The position numbers and the translations under genes were made by a program. From positions 122,948,100-123,012,099 of the forward strand of contig NC_068985.1 in assembly GCF_001194135.2 (NCBI RefSeq): a stretch of 64,000 nucleotides of DNA, given 5' to 3'. The stretch comes from Octopus bimaculoides (taxonomy: Eukaryota). The notes under the pieces were generated by a model that saw only the letters and a list, made by a program, of their open reading frames with translations, was not told the DNA's origin and did not search any database. Shown here piece by piece: positions 13,301 to 25,644 of this stretch (its first letter is position 1; each line of letters opens with the position of its first letter).

Positions 13301-14524
13301 GGAGGTGTACAGAAGAAAATCTTCTTCGTTAAATAGTATAGGTATTCCTTGGAATACGCGAGTATGTGCTGCCCACCAGCTACATAGCATAAGAAAGAAA
13401 AAGGAAGGGAACGTATAGAGAAAGAGTGAGAGAGAGAGCGAGAGCGAGTGAGTGACAGGATTTATTTCAATATGTAGTCTTAACATCTAATTGAACCATG
13501 AAGATTTAATTGGTCCCATGTCACTTTAACATAGAATTCATTCTGTCAGACAAAGCAACACTATCCATAGACTGCGATTTTCTTTACCTTTTCCTAATTT
13601 TCTATTTCTATAACTAATCATTGCAGTGGACAAGTCATATATATGGAACTCTCTTTATAGCAACAAGCGTTACATTCTGAACACACTGTCATTACCAAGT
13701 ATCTTGAGGTCGTTACATATTAAAAGATATCATGCTGCATATATATATATATATATATAATGAAATGATACTAGCCTACAGACAACGGTTTCTGTCGCTA
13801 ATTGCTGAATGGAGGTTATATTAATTTCAGTTACTTTCCGCAAAGTGAAACTATCTGGAAATTTCCACACTAGCTCAGGATATAAGATTATTATTTAAGA
13901 AATTTTCTTCATATGTCCGCGCGCGCGCGCGTATGTGCTTGTGTGTGTGTGTGTGTATACAAAGAAAAAATGAGAGAGAGAGAGATAAAGAGAGGTAGAC
14001 TGTCGGGGAGAAAGATGTATTTATGAATATGTATACAGGCACGCAAACCTGCATGTACACACATAAATACACATGCATGAGAGGAATGAATACTGACTGT
14101 ATATGCCTTGATTTTGCTAAAGCGTTTGATGAGATTGTTCATAGAATCATCTGCCATAAGCTTAGCAATCTGGGTATCACAGGAAAACTCAGAGAATGGC
14201 TCTTTGATATCTTAAGGGGTAGGAATCAATCTGTTGCTACAAACGGTTTTCTTTCTGCAAAGTTACCTGTAATAAATGGTATACCTCAGTGTACTATTCC
14301 TGAATCATTTTCATTTATTGTAACGATATCAGGTATAGACTCACAAATGCAGACGGTCAGTCTGACGGGCTACGCCGATTATACAAAAATATCGATGGCT
14401 GTTCAAACTCCTGGAGATGCCATCATACTCTAAAATGAGCTAAACCTCATTTATCAACGAGCAGACAAAAGCAATACGAAATTTAATACATCAAAATTAC
14501 AGGTTCTACATTACAGAAGGAATA

Positions 14525-14966
14525 CAATAACCCCTCACCATATCGCGGTTAATTATTTAAGCTTACGTCAAGGCAGCGAGCTAGCAGGAACGTTAGCGCG
14601 CCGGGCGAAATGCTTAGCAGTATTTCGTCTGTCTTTACATTCTGAGTTCAAATTCGCCGAGGTCGACTTTGCCTTTCATCCTTTCGAGGTCGATAAATTA
14701 AGTACCAGTTGCATACTGAGATCGATCTAAATGACTGCCCCCTCCCCCAAAGTTTCGGGCCTTGTGCCGAGAGTAGAAAAGATTATTTAAGCTTACGTCG
14801 ATTCCTCCGTCCTGTTTTGTATTTATAAAAAATGAATATATATAAATTATAAGAATAAGAATATAACATACACGGTACAGTACTCTTTCTACTTCGCGGA
14901 TTTTCACATATCGCGGGGGAGGAGGTGTTCTGAAACGTAACAGCCGCGATAATCGAGGGACTACTG
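14525..14966. mobile_element. Tigger/pogo-like MITE with TA target-site duplication
   Basis: Left end TA-caataacccctcaccatatcgcgg; right end ccgcgataatcgagggactactg-TA (reverse complement cagtagtccctcgattatcgcgg). The TIRs are imperfect and resemble Tigger termini. Confidence 0.7.
14570..14781 (+). mobile_element. Full-length SINE family A (tail A) with an 18-bp direct flanking repeat
   Basis: attatttaagcttacgtc occurs at 14552-14569 and 14782-14799. The head has A-box-like and B-box (gagttcaaattc) motifs. The central gcctttcatcctttcgaggtcgataaattaagtaccag resembles the Deu/Nin SINE domain. Confidence 0.9.
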
Positions 14967-15724
14967 TATACACAAATCACATAATTTGACATCATATAGC
15001 ACAATGATTCAAAGTGCTAATGAATCACGGGATTTAAAAGTAATCGTGTCAAATGATGCATCCTTCATCAGCAAAATCATCAAAGTGACCTCAAAAAGGT
15101 GACATCTCGTAAGAGGGATCGTACGAATCTTCGTGACAAGAGAACCGCTAGTTATGCTGACTTCTTAGTTCTGAACAGATTAGATTACTACTCACAGTAT
15201 TGGTCTCCAAACACATTCAGCGTTTTGGAAGAGATCGAAGTGTTACAAAGAGTATTCACCAGTAAAATAACTTCATTTAAAAGCCTTAACTATTAGGAAC
15301 GTCTGAAAGCTCTGCGCCTCTGCTCTCCTGAACGTCGCAGAGATAGATATGTATAGAAAATACTGTTAGCTTCCACATATACCACCTTTGAAATCAAAAG
15401 GGAAAATATTACTGTACCAGTCTGATATTTTTAGGTCTTCAATTGTTCAACTGCTTACCTAAAGAAATCATAAATATAAAAGGGACCTCTTTTGAAACAT
15501 AAAAAGAGCAGAAACAAACTGGGTAAACTCCTAACGATGATACGGGATCAGCCAACCATTCAAGGATACACTCAAGCAAAATCAGCTGCTACAAAGTCAA
15601 TCATAGATCAATTTACATTCATAAAACAACAAAGAGACTCTGAAAATAAATTAAGGCAGTGCTCAAGCATGAACGCAATCCTACGACTGAAACCACATAA
15701 AGAATATATATATATATATATACG

Positions 15725-16100
15725 CTACCACCTTGCGGTGTCTTCTGGTGCATCCACAGCCATCTTGATGGCCTCCCACATACTGGCCCCAGCAATGCCT
15801 AGTACATTAATTTGTAGAGGGACTGACCTGCGCACGCCACCTCGTTGGGATCATATCATATTTGCTTCAATTCTACATCAGCTCAGCAGACATCCTTCGC
15901 ATTCTCTTGTTCTTACGGAATTACCTACTTAGATGCTTCTAAGATCAGCACCCAGTCTTTGGCTGTTGCAAGTAGGCTCGGGGAAATGGGAATGAAAGCT
16001 GCCGTCTTCTCACCACACTTGACAGGGGTCATAATTTTCGTAGGGCGAAGGTATTTGCAATGGCTAATCCCATTGCGGATGATGACTCGGTGATATTCAG
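15725..16100 (-). mobile_element. Degenerate HERO-like non-LTR retrotransposon C-terminal (RLE) fragment
   Basis: Minus-strand pieces SLLATAKDWVL and VACAGQSLYK...VLGIAGASMWEAIKMAVDAPEDTARW resemble the HERO C-terminus (LLATA.DW...GQSL...LGI.G...AI..A..AAE.ASRW). Confidence 0.6.
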
Positions 16101-16139
16101 TACCTGATCATGCATTTAGCTGTAGCGTCCTTCAACGAA

Positions 16140-16300
16140 AACCTCCCAACTCCAACAATGACCTCCATCGACCATCAAATGTAACAAATGCAGACAATTG
16201 TTTCACGCAAAAATCGACCTTTCTAGTCATCGGAGACTCCGACATAAATGAAGTAGTACAAACGATAGAATACTCGGAAACAAGGAATAACCGAAAGCGA
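16140..16300 (+). mobile_element. RTE-like LINE 3' end with C-terminal C2H2-type finger
   Basis: TIKCNKCRQLFHAKIDLSSHRRLRHK* (Cx2Cx12Hx4H), similar to RTE C-termini. Confidence 0.55.
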
Positions 16301-16333
16301 TCCCTGTATGTGCCAGTGTCTGCGCATGTGCAA

Positions 16334-16561
16334 AGGCGGCGAGCTGGCAGAGACGTTAGCACGCCGGGAAAAATTCTTAGCAGTATTTCGTCTGCCGTTA
16401 CGTTGAGTTCAAATTCCACCGAGGTCGACTTTGCCTTTCATCCTTTCAGGATCCATAAAATAAGTACCAATTACGCACCAGTGTAATCGACTTAATGCCT
16501 TTGTCTGTCCTTGTTTGTCCCCTCTATGTTTAGCCCCTTGTGGGCAATAAAGAAATAAGAA
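16334..16561 (+). mobile_element. SINE family A with a distinct tail C
   Basis: The standard head and core are followed by cttaatgcctttgtctgtccttgtttgtcccctctatgtttagccccttgtgggcaataaagaaataagaa. Confidence 0.85.
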
Positions 16562-16751
16562 ACGTTAGCACGCTGGGCGAAATGCTTAGCGGTATTTCGT
16601 CTGTCTTTATGTTCTGAGTTCAAATTCCGTCGAGGTCGACTTTACTTTCATTTTTTCGGGGGTCGATAAATTATTGCGTACTGGGGTCGATCTAATCGAC
16701 TGGCCCCCTCCCCCTAAATCGCTGACCTTGTGCCTAGAGTAGAAAAGAATA
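16561..16751 (+). mobile_element. 5'-truncated SINE family A (tail A) fused directly to the previous copy
   Basis: It begins aacgttagcacgctgggcg and ends ccttgtgcctagagtagaaaagaat. Confidence 0.85.
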
Positions 16752-17496
16752 TAATGTATAATGTGTAATATTAATTGCAGGTATTTTTAATTGGTTTCAT
16801 TTGAAGTGTGGGTACCTTATTTCAGTCTAGTAGGTTAATAGTGCTGCCGCCAAGCTGAGGAGGTATTTTCCAGAATTATAGCGTTATGCATTGATTTTAA
16901 ATACACCAATAATACAAATACATAAGCCCACAAGCAGAAACAGAAGCAAATATAATGTAAGTGCACCTAGCATTAATGTACGATTCGTCATATATGCCTG
17001 AAGCTAAATTCTTCTTTGTTTAGAAAAATAATGAAAAGGTATCTTTATATATATGACTGTAAATATATGTATATGTATATAAGANNNNNNNNNNNNNNNN
17101 NNNNNNNNNNNNNNNNNNNNNNNNNNNNNNNNNNNNNNNNNNNNNNNNNNNNNNNNNNNNNNNNNNNNNNNNNNNNNNNNNNNNNNNNNNNNNNNNNNNN
17201 NNNNNNNNNNNNNNNNNNNNNNNNNNNNNNNNNNNNNNNNNNNNNNNNNNNNNNNNNNNNNNNNNNNNNNNNNNNNNNNNNNNNNNNNNNNNNNNNNNNN
17301 NNNNNNNNNNNNNNNNNNNNNNNNNNNNNNNNNNNNNNNNNNNNNNNNNNNNNNNNNNNNNNNNNNNNNNNNNNNNNNNNNNNNNNNNNNNNNNNNNNNN
17401 NNNNNNNNNNNNNNNNNNNNNNNNNNNNNNNNNNNNNNNNNNNNNNNNNNNNNNNNNNNNNNNNNNNNNNNNNNNNNNNNNNNNNNNNNNNNNNNN

Positions 17497-17530
<34 letters not shown>

Positions 17531-18109
17531 TATATATTTGAATTTATATGCGTACTTATATTTACATATACACTAATATGAACAATGTGCGCGCAAGAAT
17601 GATGCTACTTGTATTTGATTGAATCTGGAACAGTATACGACAAAAGAATTGGAAAGCTAAAAACAAGACGGCTAGAGTTGAAGTTTAAATTTAAAGTCTT
17701 CCTTATAATACATACATACATACAGACAGACAGACAGATAGACAGTCAGACAGACATGCATACATACATACATTCATACATACATGCATACATACATGTC
17801 TACATACATACTTACATACACCAATCTACATACATATATCAATCTGCATATATATACATATACATAATCGCATACACATATATCTATGCACATGTATCCG
17901 CTATACATACAGTATATCTGATCATAATCTATATATGTTTACGCATGTTTGTATGTGTACGTGCGTATTCTATTTACATCAGTCTCCACATTATTTAAAA
18001 TACAATGAGGAATTACAATACATACTCTAATTAAGTTATGCATTGAATAATATAAATTCTTATGATATTTTACATATCAAGTAAGTTGTATTTATTCTCC
18101 TTTTCTTTT

Positions 18110-18535
18110 ATTCTTTTATTTGTTTCAGTCATTTGACTGCGGCCATGCTTGAGCACCGCCTTTAGTCGAGCAAATCTTCTTTTTTGTAAGCCTAGTAATT
18201 ATTCTATCGGTCTCTTAGGCCGAACCGCTAAGTTACAGGGACGTAGACATACCAAAATCGGTTGTCAAGCGATGTTGGGAAGACAAACACAGACACACAA
18301 ACATATATGCATAAATGTATATATACGACAAGCTTCAGCTACCAAATATATATATACGACAGGCTTCTACCAAATATATATATACGACAGGCTTCTACCA
18401 AATCCACTCACAAGGCTTTGGTCGGCCCGAAGCTACAGTAGAAGACACTCGCCCAAGGTGCCACGCAGTGGGACTGAACCCGGACCCATGTGGTTGGTAA
18501 GCAAGCGATTTACCACACAGCCACTCCTGCACCTA
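18110..18535 (-). mobile_element. SINE family C with an internal ~28-bp triplication
   Basis: Homologous to 7895-8292. atatatatacgacaggcttctaccaaat-like units occur three times at ~18318-18405. Confidence 0.85.
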
Positions 18536-18792
18536 TGTTGTAGACACAAAAAAAAAAACAAACAAAAAAACAAGAAGCCCTACAGCGACGCACTAATTTA
18601 AAGAGCTGCATTCTCCATCTTAGCTTGATATTTCCCCTCGACGTGACAGATTTTGTGTTGCATATAGTGTGCTTGTAATATCCAATCTGGTATATACACC
18701 ATCATCTTACTTGTAGCCTGTGATTGGTTGTATGTTCTGGTATATATATATATATATATATATGTTCTGGTATATATATATATATATATATA

Positions 18793-18844
<52 letters not shown>

Positions 18845-19292
18845 NNNNNNNNNNNNNNNNNNNNNNNNNNNNNNNNNNNNNNNNNNNNNNNNNNNNNNNN
18901 NNNNNNNNNNNNNNNNNNNNNNNNNNNNNNNNNNNNNNNNNNNNNNNNNNNNNNNNNNNNNNNNNNNNNNNNNNNNNNNNNNNNNNNNNNNNNNNNNNNN
19001 NNNNNNNNNNNNNNNNNNNNNNNNNNNNNNNNNNNNNNNNNNNNNNNNNNNNNNNNNNNNNNNNNNNNNNNNNNNNNNNNNNNNNNNNNNNNNNNNNNNN
19101 NNNNNNNNNNNNNNNNNNNNNNNNNNNNNNNNNNNNNNNNNNNNNNNNNNNNNNNNNNNNNNNNNNNNNNNNNNNNNNNNNNNNNNNNNATATGATCGTG
19201 ATATCTGTATGTGCCTGACTTGTGAATGTAGTTATTTGTATGTCTATATCTATGTATTTCTATGCACACCCCAGTTCACTCACCCACCCACT

Positions 19293-19346
<54 letters not shown>

Positions 19347-19867
19347 TACTCACAAACACACATACACATACATATTCACGCACTTGCGCTCTCACCCAGG
19401 CACAAACACATACTGACACACACATGCTTTCCTGGTTGATAAGTTTGCTTCGCCACCAAGATGTCCCAGGATTGATCTTAATGGCTGACTATATGGGCAA
19501 ATCCACTTAAAATAGCCTCGTATGAACTCAAGTCTGTGATTGTATTTGTGCAGAGAAAAAGTATGGTGATGCTTGTCGAAGAATTGTACCTGTAATTCAA
19601 AGGCCAAACCTTTTCATACCTTTGCCACACTAATTCTGCATGAAAATTACGTTAAGGGAACACTTACCTGTGGAATACATTATATATAATTTCTAGGACA
19701 TAGTACTTCTTATAAATGACACTTGAGTATACAGATAGGTACAGATAGATCTTGAGATGTGCTTCGAGATCCAATGTTCTCCTATCCATGAAAATTGGTT
19801 CATGTTCTCTCAAAGGCTTATAAAATTTTACGATATCAACATACGTGTGTGTGTGTGTGTGTATGTA

Positions 19868-19934
<67 letters not shown>

Positions 19935-19937
<3 letters not shown>

Positions 19938-20816
19938 CGTGTGTTGGTAAATGGCCGCCGTTTTATATCTTTAATTTCGCGCTCGTGCATTGTTTGCTTT
20001 TGATTTTGTTGACTACACAGTATAGTAGGGCCAGTTGGCAACCATCTGTGAGAAAAACAACACCATGACGCAGTTCACTCTGCGAAAAATTTGGAAACGA
20101 CATGCTGTTCTGCTTGGTATTCGCGGCGGAAGCTCCAATATGAACAGATACTGAATACACAGTACTGAATACACAGTACTGAATACACATGTATCGAGGG
20201 TTATAAAAATCAAGCATCCGGTCAACATCAGGTGTTTGGATTGATCACTAGTGATGGTGACGTTATGCCTCCAGTCATCTTCTGACACAGCCTCAAACTC
20301 AGCACGGAGGTCTTCATTAAGTACCTGGAGGAGGTAGTGCTGCCTTGAGTCAAAAGGGTGCCTGCTGGAAATCCTTATGCATGACAACAGGATTTTGCAC
20401 CATGCCACTTAAGCAGGGGAACCCAGTCATGAGTGTCAGACATGTTCTACGACTACATCACTCCTAACATCTGGCTACCTAACTCCCTAGACTGCAACCC
20501 CCTTGATTATTATGTGTGGAGCGCAGTTGAGCGAGAGATCAACAAAACTCCTTGTAACACCAAAGATAAGCTGAAAGCAAGGATTATGGCAACATTCACC
20601 AACTTAAACAAGGAGACCGTCCAGAAGAGTTGCAGGAGATTTCGAAGTCGTTTGGAGGCGTGGTTGAAGCCAATGGTGATTTTATGGAATAAATTCACTG
20701 TTTAGCATTTCAAGATGTGTTTTATGTAATTTTGGCAAATATATCTGTTAAAATGAGATGTCAGTGTTATTTTCATTTTTGCGTAATTTTGACAACAATA
20801 TATTCACCGCATCCTG
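19935..20816 (+). mobile_element. Internally deleted Tc1/mariner element of the DD37D (maT) family
   Basis: ATG at 20065 (MTQFTLRKIWKRHAVLLGIRGG). The catalytic part reads ITSDGDV...QQD-FAPCHLSRGTQS*VSDMFYDYITPNIWLPNSLDCNPL-D, with 37 residues counted between the second and third Asp. The right end is ...ttcaccgcatcctg. Confidence 0.85.
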
Positions 20817-21639
20817 CATGCATGTATGTATGTATGTATGTATGTATATATATATATATATATAGTCTTATGAAGACGTACTTGGCTGTCTGGCGAAATC
20901 GTTTATATTAGGAAAATTATATCGGTTGTTTGTCTAATTCTAAAAAGGTTGATTTATTAGTAGAATGCTGAAAAAGTCAGATAAATGGACAAACGTCAGA
21001 CATCTTTTCGCTCTGAATTGCGATCAAGGGACTGGATTTGTCAGATGTTACTATGTACGAAGAAAGCAATAGAATATTGGAAATACATCCATCCCCGAAT
21101 CTACACAGCAGATGTTGAAATGACAGCAGAATATATATATGTATATTTGGTTGAGCAAATTTATGCAGCTGTCGGAAAAGCTGCATTAAGTTGTCACAGT
21201 TAATTTCCGGCACATAACGATCCACATTCGTTTGTGCTCGTTTATAACAACGGATGGCCACTCACACGTGTAGGCACTGAAGCAATAGAAGAGTTGCACA
21301 TTGATGTGTATGCATAGCAGTAAAATATGCAAGATCACAACTGTTTTATTGCTTATTTTGCTATTTTTCTGGTTAAAGCTTGCACTGTAAGTTTGAATAA
21401 TAAATGGAAAACCATCTCTCTCCATCTAAAAAGAGTACGCAACATACGCATACATGCGCATACACACTAAGAATATAAGACAAGAGAGAGAAAGAAACAT
21501 AGAATATAACATTTAAGAGAAAATTTAAATATAAAGGGACAAAGAAAAATGGTTTTAAAAACGGACAATTTTGCAGGAGCATGGAAACAGCATTAGGATA
21601 TTTCTAATACATATTTTGTCTCATCATAGAATAATATAG

Positions 21640-21720
21640 TGAAGGCGCGTGGCCTAGTGTTAAGGGTACTCAGCAAACGATCGAGTTCGATTCCCGGCCG
21701 TGCGTTGTGTCCTTGAGCAT
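21640..21720 (+). mobile_element. SINE family B 5' head
   Basis: ggcgcgtggcctagtgttaaggg (A box) ... gagttcgattccc (B box) ... gtgtccttgagc. Confidence 0.7.
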
Positions 21721-22101
21721 ATATTCCAAATACGAAGAAAGTTCTTAACATATCTTTGATGATCTAAGCGGAACTTTTGCATGAACTGGCGTTGAGAACA
21801 GAGTCGGTACAGAAGCAATTGTAACTGATTATTAAACATGTGTTAAAGTCTTTCTTTGTCTTCTGACTTGGATTATATTTTATTCTTCGCAAAACCCACA
21901 AGATTTTCTACACCTGAAGAATTTCGATATTATCCTGCATTCCGACAGTGTAGAAAGTCTAAAGTTCGGTTTTTTAAATATCTCATCTTTCTACCCTCCC
22001 AGGACCTTACATACATACATACATACATACATAAATACACACACACATATATATGTATATATGTATATATATATATGTTTATATATGTATATATGTGTGG
22101 A

Positions 22102-22156
<55 letters not shown>

Positions 22157-22189
22157 GCTTATGCGTGCCTTTATGTTTGTATTTGTTCC

Positions 22190-22365
22190 TCACCGTCTCT
22201 TGATTACCAGTGTTGGCTTGCCTACGTCCCCATAACCTAGGTAAAACATAAGCTATAGAATAAGTACCTCGCTTAGAAAAAGTACTTGGATCGATTTGTT
22301 CGACTAAACTCTTCAAGGTTGACCTAGCATGACCGCAGTCCAAAGACTCAAACAAGTAGAAGATA
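22190..22365 (+). mobile_element. SINE family C 3' half, degenerate
   Basis: ttgattaccagtgttgg...gatagaataagtac-like segment ... gcatgaccgcagtccaaagactcaaacaagta. Confidence 0.6.
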
Positions 22366-23239
22366 GTGTCCCAACTTTTGCCATAAGTAATGAAGTATTT
22401 GGCATTTCAAGCCAAGAAAAAAACTATCAATGTGCATTGCTCTTTCTGGCTACAGCGGTAAGATGTCTGTTCATATAAAACACATTTGTAACTGAATGGA
22501 CAAAGTTATCGACTGCTGATTGTCTGGGCCATAAAGTCATTACAATATTAAGAACTACTAAGTCTTTTGGCTGCTTACGTGGAACCGACCATATCGACAC
22601 TGCCGATACGTGCGATTATCAGCTTTCGTTTAACTGCCATTAAAGCTATAATAATCGTATTTCTTACATAAAATCTATTAGCGCCAACCTTTCTAGTAAA
22701 ATCCCGCAACACATTTCAAACTACTTTGAAGAACCATGTATCAAGAGAATATTCAATGAAACACCTCCTAAGATTGAACATCTATTAATAAGCTTTTAAC
22801 TCTCGACTCTTTGAGCTTAATTCTATGCTTAAAAGTGTCGTGGGATAATGCCGCCTAATGTGCAGCTATTATTAATCCAGTAACAGATGTTTTACGCATA
22901 TTACATTACTCACTTTCAAATAAATATTCAGTTGGAACTGAACAAATATTCATTTCTAATTGAAGGGAAAAAGCACTGTATAACTTATTGATTATTATAA
23001 CCTATTGTAATAATTTAAAGAATAGAGAGATCGATGAATCAGTATCATTGAATATGAATAAATGAATATTAAGGATTTGTAAAATGGTGGTTTGATAATT
23101 GGTTAATTCAGCACTTTATTTCCTTCAGAGGCCACTAACATAAATAATAGTTTTATCTTGTACATTCTGTCAACTATAAATTTAATCTATCCTTACTAAC
23201 TTCCGGTCTTGTTTTTACAACGTATTATACAAACATTAG

Positions 23240-23281
23240 GGCTACGTGGCGACCATTATTATATCAAGTTATACACTCTAG
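23240..23281 (+). CDS. Candidate 42-nt internal exon (phase 1-1)
   Basis: TACTAAC branch-like motif at ~23194, a pyrimidine stretch, the first downstream AG at 23238-23239 and an AG/gtaagc donor. The frame reads LRGDHYYIKLYTL. Confidence 0.35.
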   Translation, partial: GYVATIIISSYTL

Positions 23282-23774
23282 GTAAGCAAAGTCTGTGATA
23301 TAACTTGGCATCACGGTTGGTATTATTTTTAGTTTCATTTCGTTTCAGATACATACATACATACATACATACATACATACGTACATGCATGCATGCATAC
23401 ATACATTCATAAAGGCGTAGTTACATACATATGTACATACATTCATACATTTTGTATTCTCAGCTCTGCAACTTCTGCGGGGATATAAACAGTATATTTA
23501 CCGAGTGAGAAGATCAACCGGGGTTTTGAATCTGTGCTAACCTCATAAGAGACCGGAATCATCAGATCCAACAGAGAAAAATGCTTAGTATCAATTTCGC
23601 TGAAATTTGAAGCAGGAAAACGAAAATTTTAAAATCAGATTTATAGTTGTTAATGAACAAGACACACAAAATGAAATTTGGCACAGAGCTCGACTCACAG
23701 ATTACTGGAAAATCCTGCTTCGGAAAACAGTAAAAGAAAACATAGACCAAACAATTTAGAGACATGATTTTATG

Positions 23775-23805
<31 letters not shown>

Positions 23806-23958
23806 ATAATAATAATATTAGGGACAAAATCCAAAATTACAGGTAAAAACTCAATTAAAATCAATTTATAAAAAATCAAAATTAAATTGAGCTTTCTATA
23901 TGTGATAGTGGATTTTCATCGATGAGCTCTTGAAACTTGGTTATTTTCCCTAAAACTA

Positions 23959-23993
<35 letters not shown>

Positions 23994-23996
<3 letters not shown>

Positions 23997-25180
23997 TAGC
24001 TGAGGTAGCTGCTAATACCTGGGAGCGGGGATATCCCAAGTACCTATTACAATGCCTAATTTCTCTCAGACGAAAAATGAAATCAAGACACAGGACAGAT
24101 AATAGAAGGCGTAAGTAAATTCATTCACGAAACAATAATACAAACAAATAGGTGTGGAATCGGAAAATGACAATCGTTTGGTCAGATGAGTAGAAAGCTG
24201 CAAATATATAATCACTGGAAACATCAAAAAGGGAATTGCAAAGAAGTGCTATGAAAAAAAAAAGAACATAACAGTTTGAAAAGTAAACAAAAAATATTTA
24301 GAGAAAAGTGATTTTATACTTACAAAAACGGTTGGAATGCAGAGGCAACAACGTGGTGCTCATAAGAGTCGTAAGATACTTTGCAGAGGAAAACAAAGCA
24401 TACAAAAATGGCGATTTTCGTCATTTTGGGGCAAATTCTCTTGCAACTCAAGAGAAAATTTTAAATGCACTTGCACTTAATTTGACGACCGTGTTTCATG
24501 GGCATAGTTCCACTGATCGTGAGAATCAAATATCGATTACAACGGTTAGGCACGAAATTTTAAGTGCAGGTGTTAAAAAAATACATGTTCCATGTTTTGG
24601 CACACAATGTTGCAACGTTTAGAATCGATCATTTTAAGTGCAGGTGTTAAGAAAATACATGTTACATGTTTTAGCACACAACACTGCAACGTTTATAATC
24701 GATAATTTTAAGTGCGAGTGTTAAGAAAATACATGTTACAGCGACCTGAGAATGCTGAAATAATTGATAAACATTTTAATCCCACAATAATTTAGCCCAA
24801 ATTTAATTAATCAGTTAATCAAAAAATCATCTTACGCTTTGCTCGAGTGACATAGGTAAAAATTTATTTGTTTCAACCAATCCTTAGCACATTGTCCATG
24901 TGTGTATAAAATGTCAAGAAAATCGGTTGAAAGCTTTAAAAGTTATGGCAGAAGATAAAATTGACATGAGAATTTGCATTGAAATGGCCTTTTGAATTTT
25001 GAAAAATCGATGCTCATTAAAATGTCTTGAAATTCCCAATCCATAAGTAACCTCATGTGCATAAGTCTCCCACACGTGTCAAATTTAATCAAGATCGGTT
25101 GGATAGTCTTGGAGGAGTTAAAGTAATAAATTCACAAACATACGCACTCAGCCACAAACTGACAGAAATTGCCATATATA
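23994..25180 (+). mobile_element. Helentron/Helitron-associated non-autonomous element (HINE/DINE-like)
   Basis: It starts attagctg after (TA)n, with a 5' hairpin tacctggga/tcccaagta and an internal 74-bp tandem repeat. The 3' region aaatttaatcaagatcggttggatagtcttggaggagtt...aaactgacagaaattgccatatatat resembles HINE ends. Confidence 0.5.
24557..24740. repeat. 74-bp tandem repeat, ~2.5 copies
   Basis: taagtgc starts at 24561, 24635 and 24709. Confidence 0.9.
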
Positions 25181-25644
25181 TTTGGGGCGCCGATTGAGTT
25201 GGTATTTTATAGAAAAGGAATGAAGTCTCGAACGCATAATTGTTGTGAAGATTGGGTATATATCTGTAGTTGATGAAAGAAAATGGACAGCAAACTGCCA
25301 CAGACAATAGAATCCTGTACATTTCAATTCCGGCTGAGATACAAAAGTAGGCTGTCTACCTCTGTAATGCTTCTGGGCTTTGTAACATTAAAATTCGCCA
25401 CGGAACACGTTAAAACGAAAATTAAATTGTACTACACTTCCTTCAAAGTGGTCTTATAGTGCGCCAGATACTTAGAATATCTAAGTCCCTGTGCTATTAC
25501 TAGATATATATTGATCTTAGATCAATGCGTCCCAGCATGGGTATTGCTTTTATTGCGATGGATTACTTAAGAACCCTTCTCATCAATTTAACCTGGTAGG
25601 GGTGCCAGTTTTTTCAAATTCCATGTCACCTGTAGCAATCATAT

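Larger units (their letters stand above)
14085..15690 (+). mobile_element. CR1-clade LINE, RT and C-terminal region, interrupted by nested elements
   Basis: CLDFAKAFDEIVHRIICHKLSNLGITGKL...NGIPQ...GYADYTKI. After the insert it resumes LVLNRLDYYSQYWSP...LQRVFT...LNY*ERLKALRLCSPERRRDRY and later RDQPTIQGY. Confidence 0.85.

Noticed and set aside
14570-14660. tRNA-like A and B boxes in many places
   Set aside because: They are SINE heads followed by SINE core and tail, with no complete cloverleaf, so they are not tRNA genes.
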